Shown here piece by piece: positions 54,397-64,000 of a stretch of 64,000 bases of DNA. The notes below the pieces were generated by a model. It searched no databases and was not told the DNA's origin. It saw nothing but the letters and a program-made list of their open reading frames with translations. The stretch lies in the NCBI GenBank assembly GCA_964016885.1, contig OZ024763.1:5146001-5210000 (forward strand), given 5' to 3'. Both the position numbers and the translations under genes were made by a program. The DNA is from Eledone cirrhosa. Lineage: Eukaryota. Every line of letters starts with the position of its first letter. The first letter of the stretch is position 1.

Positions 54397-55362
54397 AGCA
54401 ACATGAAATAAAGTGTTTTGCTCAATCTACAGATCATATATACCTGAATTAAGCCGAGGAATATGTGACCAAAAAACCAATGGTAGAACGGTGGGGGACT
54501 TTTATATTTGGGGTCAATATTTTGACAATTTTCACTGACTTCAAATACTACAAAAGTAAGGTTTAGATTTTAGCCCATTTCTCAGGCATAAAATACAGGG
54601 TCGGGGAGGTCAGTGGGATCAACTTATATTGGTTTTGGCTTATATCCAAGTATATACACTAAGTAAGACATAATTTAGTTTATAGATTTTAGTTTATATT
54701 TCACTAGGGTCCTTCTCCTTAGGGGTTGCTGATAAAATAACTTCCTGTATTATTTACTCAAAGGATTGAAATATATATTTTTTATCCTGTCTCTTGGGTA
54801 TTTCTTTTTTGTTTTTGTTTGTTTCTTCTTTAATTCTTCTGGGTAAATATGACATCTTTCTTAATTCGTTACATAACAAGAAATAAAGTGGCATAGCAAG
54901 TTTGTAGTACCCCAGGGGTGGGAGTAGATCTTTAATTCCTAAAACACTAACCCAGACCCCAACATACACACATACACACATATGACAAACGGATTTTCCA
55001 ATGCAGTAGACCAAAAATGGCACCTCCAGGGTATTACCCCCCCCCATTCCTCCCCAAGCCCATTATAAGGTAGGGGAAGAGGGCATTGGATGGAACTGCC
55101 CCCTCCCACCCTCTGTTTTTTCATTTGTGCACCCTCAAAGTCAGAAAACAGTCCATTGCAGGGTTAAACCCCCAGATATTACTGGTACCCATTTTCAGCT
55201 GAGTACTGGAGCAAAGTGAAGTTTCACTCAAGACACAACATAAAACCCAGTCCAGGAATCGAACCCCTGGCATTATGATTGTAAATCCAACAACACCCTT
55301 ACCACTAGGCCATGTGTGTCCAACATGTCATTACTCGACTGAAGAAATTATTATATATTTAG

Positions 55363-55397
<35 letters not shown>

Positions 55398-55614
55398 GAT
55401 AAAAGGTTCTGTTTTACCTACATTCAACAATTACAGCATCTGATATTTGGTTATGTACTTCATTATATATAGACTCTCATCTGATGATAGCTCATGTCTT
55501 TATAAACTGAAGCATTTGAAAGTTGTTTGTAATTCATAGCTAAAACTCTCACTTTATCTGAATCTTAGTTGTTTTATCTCTTCCGAACACACTCAGCAAA
55601 TTGCACTAAATCTC

Positions 55615-56007
55615 TAACACACACACATTTACACATACTCAGACACTAACACACACACACACATGCACACATACTCAGACACTAACTCACACCCACACAT
55701 TTACACATACTCAGACACTAACTCACACACACACATGCACACATACTCAGACACTAACTCACACACACACATTTACACATACTCAGACACTAACACACAC
55801 ACACACATACTCAGACACTAACTCACACCCACACATTTACACATACTCAGACACTAACTCACACACACACACATGCACACATACTCAGACACTAACTCAC
55901 ACCCACACACATGCACACATACTCAAACACTAACTCACACACACACACATTTACACATACTCAGACACTAACTCACACACACACATGCACACATACTCAG
56001 ACACTAA

Positions 56008-56039
<32 letters not shown>

Positions 56040-56045
56040 TGCACA
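55615..56045. repeat. CA-rich minisatellite of about 32 bp
   Basis: acacatactcagacactaactcacac units. Confidence 0.9.
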
Positions 56046-58084
56046 CAAACATACCATCATTTAACGTCAATTATTTTCACACTAGCATGGGTTAGATGAG
56101 TTGTTCTGTTGTAAGACAAATCAGATCAGATGTCCATGTCTTGCTGGTGCAGAACTGTTTCTAGGTTGGTTTCTCCAGCTGGATGTCTTTTCTAATGCCA
56201 ATCATATTTACAGTGTGTATTGGGTTCTTTTTTTTGTTGTGACACCAAAACAACCAGGTGACAGGTTAGGCCGTGTATATTTTTGTCATTACATCAACAA
56301 GACCACTTAACAGGTTGTACTGGGCGCTTTATTGCAATGATACCAAAACGACCACTTTACAGTGTGGACTGGGAACCAAAAAGATATATATATTCAAAAG
56401 TATAAGGAATTCAAGGATATAAAATTATCATTTATTGGAATAAATGAAAATTTCATACTTTTGGAAGTTGAAAAAAATGTCTCTTTATTTCTGTGTAATG
56501 AGAATATCTGGGTTTATCTGGAAGAGTTATTCTTTATATATACTAATGTGGAAGAATGGACGTAAAAGGGTGACGATGATGATGATATACTATTCTTTGT
56601 GTGGGTACAGTAGTGGGATTTCAACAGTTGGTCAAAAATTCAATTGAATTTCTTTTTATGAGGAGGTTTGTGTGTGTATGTGTATGTGTGTGCATTGTGG
56701 TATACAGTGGTCAAAAGTTCAAGGTTTTTTCTGGGTTGATAGGACATCCAGAGTTGACATTGCACTCAGTGCTCTTACTAGAAGAGGAAGACCAAGGTTA
56801 ACGTATGTTGATGCCCTAAGGACAGACACTGGGCTGTTGGAGACGCAGGACATGGCAGCGATAATGAGGGACAGAGACCGCTGGAGGGAACTCGTTCATG
56901 GAATCCGGGAATTTTACCCGCTTTAGATAGATAGATAGGAAGACAGAAAATCAGAATTTGTCAAAGATCTGTTTTTGGAGAAATGGTTATTTGTGAAAAA
57001 AAAAAAATATTTTCTTTTGTGTCATGGTGCATGTGTGTGTGGGTGAAGGTATATATATGCATATACACACATATACATATGTGTGTGTGTGTATGTATAT
57101 GTGTGTGTATGTATGCAGTGTGTGAGCATGTGTGTGTGAAGGTATATATATGCATATATATACATATATATATTTGTGTGTATGTATGTATATATGTGTG
57201 TATGTATGTATATATGTGTGTGTGTGTGAGCATATGTATGAGGGTATATGTATGTATATACATATATATGTGTGTGTGTGTGTGTATGTATGTGTGTGTG
57301 TGTGAGTGTATATATGTGTATGTGAGTGTGTGTGAGGGTATATGTATGTATATACATATATATATGTGTGTGTGTGTGTGTGAGGGTATATATATATATA
57401 TCTGCCACTTTGACAACTTAATGATGATGTTGCTCCACCGTCCCAGTTTATTCTACACCAGTTCTTCAAACTACTGCACCACATGACAAGTAGGGAAACC
57501 TTTTAGATTAATTAAAACTAAATTAGTTTGAAAAATGTCGCAAAGAAGTCAGAGAGACATCAAAGGATGCAATAATAGGACAACAACAGCAACAACAACA
57601 ATAATTATAATAATAATAATAATAATTATAATAATAATAATATGTCAAGAAGACACTTAGTAAGAATTGGAAACAACAAAAAAAAAAGGAAGTGGTAAAA
57701 CACAAAATAATAATGATGATGATGATGATAATGATGTTGAGAATGATGATAATAAAAATGATGATGATGATGATAGAAATAATAATAATGACAATAATAC
57801 AAAATGCCGTGGACAAAAGTTCAAGCTAAGTACTTTGTTATAATATATCAGTTTTCTTTAAAAACAAAGACAAACAAACTAGAACACATTTATAAAGAGA
57901 AGGAAACAATTTCTTTTCCGTTCTTTCAAAGAAGTGTTGATAATAAATAAAAATTAACAAAAAAGAAAGGAAAAAGGTATAGAAACAAGAAAAGGAAAGA
58001 AAGGTGTATTACTTCTATTGTCCATTTCTTAAGTAGCCAGAATCATTTTACAGTCACCAAGACACAAAAACCTCTTACAAAAAA

Positions 58085-58137
<53 letters not shown>

Positions 58138-58289
58138 TAATATATATTATATATAATATATATATATATGTGTATATATATAGTATATAAAAATATATAT
58201 ATATATATATATATGTAATATATTTTATATATCATCATCGCTTATTGTCCATTTTTCCACGCTAGCATGGGTTAGCTGGAACTATATAC

Positions 58290-58324
<35 letters not shown>

Positions 58325-58627
58325 ATTATATATATGTATATTACATATATATATATTATATATATATTATATATATTATATATATATACACACACATACA
58401 TATATATACATTATATATATATATATGTTTCTATATATATGTATATATATATATACATATATATACATTATATATATATATATATAATGTCGAAGTGTGT
58501 ACTGCCACTCTAAATTTTGTAATGAATGTTGACCCACAATGTTTGAATATGTATCAATGTTTGAATATGTATTGGTATGTCTCTCGGCTGAAAAGGAGGT
58601 CATATAACTGTCCATGCATTAATAAAT

Positions 58628-58674
58628 TGCTCCGAAGAATCCAAACCTCGGTTTGGAGGAAACAGCTGTAAGCA
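58628..58674 (+). ncRNA. Minimal type-I hammerhead ribozyme with a U4>C core change
   Basis: TGCT-CCGAAGA-a-TCCAAACC-tc-GGTTTGGA-g-GAA-ACAGCTGT-A-AGCA, inside a unique insert of about 220 bp within (TA)n. Confidence 0.8.
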
Positions 58675-58976
58675 CAATAATGTTTTGAACAGTTCTTTGA
58701 TTCTTATATTTCATATATATATATATATATTATATATATATATGTATTATATATGTGTATTATATATATATATATATTACATTTATATATATTATATATA
58801 TATATATTATATATATATATATTATATATATATTATATATTAGCCAGGTGGTGCTATTAAGTTAGACATGGCCTGGGCCAATACTGGCCAAAACATTTCA
58901 AAGTTATTCAAAGTTATATATATTATATATATATATTATATATATATATTATATATATATATTATATATATATATT

Positions 58977-60408
58977 CATCATCATCATCATCATCATCAA
59001 CGTTTAACGTCCGTGTTCCACGCTTGCATGGGTTTGGACGGGGGTAGTCCCACTTGAGGCAAGAGTGATTGTCTTGCTCGCATAGGACTGTCTGGCAGGT
59101 TTTCTACAGTTGGATGCCCTTCCTAACACCAACCACATTTACAGTGTGGGTCTGGGAGGTTTTTACCGTGTTGCCTACACGGCCACATTACAGCGTGGAC
59201 TGTGTGTTTTTTTGTCGTGACACCTACACGATCTCATTTGTTTCGGCCCGGATGGCGCGGCACCAACATAACTTTACATAGGACGGGGTGGTGTGGATGG
59301 GGTGGGTGTGGTGGTGGTGGGACGGGGTGTATTTTGTTAGAGATGCCTACTGGCAAGGCGGGTCTTCTCTGTTACTGAGTACCGCCAAAGGTCTCGGTCC
59401 AGTGACATTGTCTTGGAGAGGTGTAAGTGTGTGAGGTCGGAGTTTATCAGCTCGTCCCAGGTTTTTCTAGGTCTGCCTATTCCGTGGCTACCGTCTATCT
59501 TTATTGCCCTGCACTTTGTTATACAGCTATCGACTTTCATGCGCATCACGTGTCCATACCAACGTAGCCTTCTCTCGAGTAAACAACATCTGATCCCTCT
59601 TATCTCTAATTTTTTCCTTAGTTCGTTTATGCTTTGCCGTTCACGTATATTACTGTTACACATCCAGCGGAGCATGCAAGCTTCGTTCCTCTCTAGTCTG
59701 CGTATATCCTCTGCACACAATGCCCAGGTCTCACTGCCATGCAACATTGCTGTTCGTATGCAGGCATCGTACAACCTGCCTTTCATTTTTAGGGAGAACC
59801 CTTTAGCAGCTAATAGTGGTATAAGCTCTCTGAACTTTTTCCAACCAGTTCTGACTCTAGCTACAGTACTTTCAGAGCACCCTCCCCCACTGCTGATTTT
59901 ATCGCCCAGGTAACGGAAGCTGTCCACTATTTCTATAGAACCCTCTGCGCAATTGAAAGAGCTAGTATTGTGTGGGCACTTGCTGCTACTTATTGCACCA
60001 GAACACCGGCCACATGTAAAATCTATGTTCTTAGTTAGCTTACCTGTGATCCCACTACATCTTTTATGCACCCATACTTTGCATTTAGGACACAAAATGG
60101 AGTTTCTACCTACGCCTTTCCTACACACCGAGCACGACCATTTCCCAGAAGGGACCGCCGCCTTGTTTTCTTTCCTACAAACTAGAACTTTGGTCTTAGC
60201 CAGGTTAATTTTAAGTCCTTTTGACTCTAGGCCGTGCTTCCATGTTTGGAATTTCTTTTCTAGCTCGGCCATTGATTCCGCTATGAGTGTCAGGTCGTCT
60301 GCGTATAGGAGTTCCCATGGGCAGCCTGTCTTGAACTCCTCTGTTATAGCCTGAAGGGCAATAATAAATAGTAGGGGGCTGAGAACAGAGCCCTGATGGA
60401 CGCCAACT
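58977..60408 (-). mobile_element. 5'-truncated RTE-clade LINE inserted in (TA)n
   Basis: RT region plus 3' UTR ending in (TGA)n. Confidence 0.95.
59337..60408 (-). CDS. Partial RTE reverse transcriptase with a PHD-like zinc finger (5'-truncated open frame)
   Basis: The frame extends upstream of the annotated Met: GVHQGSVLSPLLF...LLYADDL. Then GLKINLAKT, CSVC..CPKC..HKRC..CGRC, FRYLG, LHGSETW, RLRWYGHV, GRPRKTW. Confidence 0.9.
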
Positions 60409-60409
60409 T

Positions 60410-61020
60410 TTATATATATATATATTATATATATCTATATATATATATTATATATATATTATATATTATATATATCTATATATATATATTATATATATAT
60501 ATATTATATATATATATTATATATTATAAACACACATATATATATATATTATATATTATATATATATTATATATTATAAACACATACATATATATACATA
60601 ATATATATATATGTATTATATATATATACATATATATATATATTATATATATATGTATTATATATATACACACACACACACATACATATATATACATTAT
60701 ATATATATATATATATACACACATTATATATCCTTATTAGTTCTTAGCTGTGTATCTGTTTCCTCCAATGTGGTGAATATAATGGCTATTGTTGGGTCCC
60801 TTAAGTAGAGCTGTTGTGACCTAGTTCAATTAAAGAGAACAATACTAAGTAAATAGAAACATCACACATACATACATATATGTATATATATATATATGTA
60901 TATATGTATATATATGTATATATGTATATATATGTATATATGTATATATATGTATGTATGTGTATGTATGTATGTGTATATATGTATGTATATATATGTG
61001 TGTATGTATATATATGTATG

Positions 61021-61053
<33 letters not shown>

Positions 61054-61057
61054 ATAT

Positions 61058-61098
<41 letters not shown>

Positions 61099-61142
61099 TA
61101 TATATGTATGTATGTATATATATGTATGTATGTATATATATG

Positions 61143-61173
<31 letters not shown>

Positions 61174-61318
61174 GTATATATATATATAAATGTATATATA
61201 TATGTATATATATATATACATATATATATATGTGTATATATATATATATATGTATGTATATATATGTATATATATATGTATATATATATATATGTATATA
61301 TATATGTATATATATATG

Positions 61319-61366
<48 letters not shown>

Positions 61367-61810
61367 CATATATATATGTATGTATATATATATATACATA
61401 TATACATATATATATGTATGTATATATATATATGTGTGTGGGTATGTGTGTCTGTCTGTGCTTGTATATATATATATGTATGTATGTATATATATATATA
61501 TGTGTGTGGGTGTGTGTGTCTGTCTGTGTATGTATATATATATATATATACATATGTATGTATGTGTTTGTGTATGTATGTATGTGTGTGTGTATGTGTT
61601 TGTATGTATATATATATATACACACACAAACGTGTGTCTATGTATATACATATATGTAGGTATGTATGTGCATATATATATATGTTTGTGTGTGTATATA
61701 TATATATATGTCTGTGTGCGTGTATGTCTGCTGATGTATGATACCTGATTGTTTTTCTCTGTGTGCATGTGTATGTCAGTGTCTATATGTGTCTGTATAT
61801 GTTTGTTTCT
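60410..61810. repeat. (TA)n/(TG)n microsatellite field
   Basis: Direct inspection. Confidence 0.95.
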
Positions 61811-61952
61811 AGCATAGTTACGTCCCTTTATGGTCTGAGTTCAAATCCCGCCGAGGTTGACTTTGCCTTTCATCCTTATGGGGTCGATAAAATAAAGTAC
61901 CAGTAATGCACTGGGTAATTGCTGGCCTTGTGCCAAAAAGTAGAAACAATTA
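61808..61952 (+). mobile_element. SINE family 1 copy (5'-truncated)
   Basis: Same body and tail. A diverged copy lies at 62638-62860. Confidence 0.9.
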
Positions 61953-62010
61953 TACATATATTTGTATGTATGTGTGTGTATATGTGTGTGTTTTTCTATG
62001 CATATATATT

Positions 62011-62051
<41 letters not shown>

Positions 62052-63422
62052 AATCCATCCTGGCAGGGAACCCCTCCCAGCTATTAGATGATGTGTGTGT
62101 ACATATATATATATATATATATATACCTACAAACACACATATGTGTGCATATGTACATGTGCATGCACACGCTCTCATATATGTGTGAATGTGTGTACAA
62201 TGTAGTAAAAGTATATAAAAGGCAAATGATGACAAATCATTAAAAAAACAAAGTAATGTTTTACTCAGTATATTTCAACATAATATTTCAGAGCTATAAC
62301 CCCCTTTTCAAATGTGAAACAGAAACGCTTCAAAACAAAAATGAATGATTGATGTGTTCTCCTCTAACTAATCTACGTGTCTGAAATACCCATGTGGGGA
62401 ACTACTATAGTAACTAATCTGCTTCAAGTATTTTAATCTATTATTTATTTGTGGCTTTTTCTTATTTAAGCCTTTAGTATTTACATTACTCTATATGTAA
62501 TATTGTATTTTTGTGGTAAAGGCTTTATCTTATATAATTAACAATACCTTAACATCAGTATGAGCAGCCAGTTATGGCTGATTTGAACAGAAAGAGGTGA
62601 GAGAATTCTGTCTGGTTACAGCTGGTTTAAAGGATTAAGGGCAGTTTATTGGTAGTAATCGGTAGAGCGTCAGACAATATGCTTTGTGACACAGAGTTAT
62701 GTCCCTTTACATTTTTAGTTCAAATCCTGCCGAGGTTAACTTTGCCTTTCATCCTTACTGGGACGATAAAATAAAGTACCAGTAATGCACTGGCTTTGAT
62801 ATAATCAACTTCCTCCCCCCAAAATTGACTGGCCCTGTTCCTAAAAGCAGAAATCATTAGGGTGAAGGAAAATATGGGCTTTCATTAGAGTAAAAATATT
62901 ATCTCTATGAAATTTCTGCTGTTTCTTTTGGGGGATGGGGGAAGGGGGGGGTCTATAGTATTTTTGGAGGGTTGGGGAATTATAGTTTTGGGTTTTGGGG
63001 GTTTTTTTATAGCCCAGGATAATTCTACCATATGTTGGTCCTTACAATAAATGTTAGTTTGTTTTGTTTAAATAGATTACAAAAGCTCTGTATATTTTAT
63101 GGGGGAGGGGAACATATGGTAAGGATAATACTGCTGCATTTCTCAAGGGCTTAAGGAAAGTGAAATAAATCCCTTTTACTTCAAACCAGGAATCATAACT
63201 AAGTGAAGAATTGGTTTGCCAAGAACTCACATTTTATTTGACAATAATTAATTAGAGAAAATCAAAATCAAAATCCAGGTCTGGATTAAAAATATGTTAT
63301 GGGCCAAAACATTCACTTGAGGTAAGGGTTTTATCTTCTTTGAAGACCTTCTGCTGTCCAGCTCCCCTGAGAGTTTCTTACCACTGTATATGATGGGAGA
63401 GTCTATCATATATATATATATA

Positions 63423-63767
63423 TGGAGGCACATGGCTTTGTGGTTAGAGCATTGGCCTTGCAATCAAAAGGTTGTGAGTTCAATTCTCAGACCGGGTGAT
63501 GTGTTGTTTCCTTGAGCAAGACACTTTATTTCACATTGCTCCAGTTTACTCAGCTGTAGAAATGAGATGATAGGGACTGGGGTCCATATCATTCCACTGA
63601 AAAGTGGTCGTGGAGGTGCCACGGCAAAAAAAGCACCCAGCACTCACTGTAAATAAGGTTGGTGTTAGGAAGGGCATCCAGCTGTAGAAATCAAGCCAGA
63701 ATCAGTTCCCATCCCACCCTTGCAAGCAGGGAAAAGTGGACGTAAAATGAAATGATGAAATGATGAT
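63423..63767 (+). mobile_element. Tripartite SINE: tRNA head, CORE-like domain, RTE 3' tail
   Basis: Tail gttggtgttaggaagggcatccagctgtagaaa...ggacgtaaaatga matches the RTE 3' UTR. Confidence 0.85.
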
Positions 63768-64000
63768 ATATATATATATAGTTTGTTTGCTTTTTACGTG
63801 AACTTGAAGTATACAAATTCACTTTAACGCCTCTTGAAAAAATATTATTAAATATTCAATTTGCGTGAATAATGTGGTATAGCACTATGGTTATTTATTT
63901 TTTTATTTATCAGAAAATTAGACTTGAATTACACAAATTTGCTTTACACATGAACGCATCTTCGCATAAGAAGTGAACAGACTGTGTGTGTGTGAGTATA

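Noticed and set aside
55478-55560. CTGATGA-TAGCT...AGCTA-AAAC hammerhead-like motif
   Set aside because: GAAA is missing and stems I and III cannot be drawn convincingly.
59413-60354. Plus-strand ORFs of 166 aa and 133 aa
   Set aside because: Antisense shadows of the RTE reverse transcriptase frame.

Overview
AT-rich, microsatellite-dense eukaryotic DNA. The SINE/LINE repertoire suggests a mollusc, probably an octopus-like cephalopod (inference). I could not identify any host protein-coding exon, and almost all long ORFs in the track are translations of (TA)n/(CA)n/(GGT)n or minisatellites. The window holds RTE, CR1 and L1/Tx1 LINE fragments (the largest is a 5'-truncated RTE with RT motifs and a PHD-like finger at 58977-60408), two tRNA-derived SINE families, piggyBac-, hAT- and TcMar-type MITEs, and several minisatellites amplified from transposon parts. 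The main unexplained signal is a dense population of about 15-20 short non-coding elements, mostly embedded in (TA)n tracts. They carry complete, degenerate or half minimal type-I hammerhead ribozyme motifs: CUGANGA, stem II, GAAA, a palindromic stem III, NUH, often followed by AATAAA. Many are fold-back inverted repeats whose axis lies in or beside the ribozyme. This fits several families of Penelope-like retroelement pseudo-LTR remnants or non-autonomous ribozyme retroelements that insert into microsatellites.
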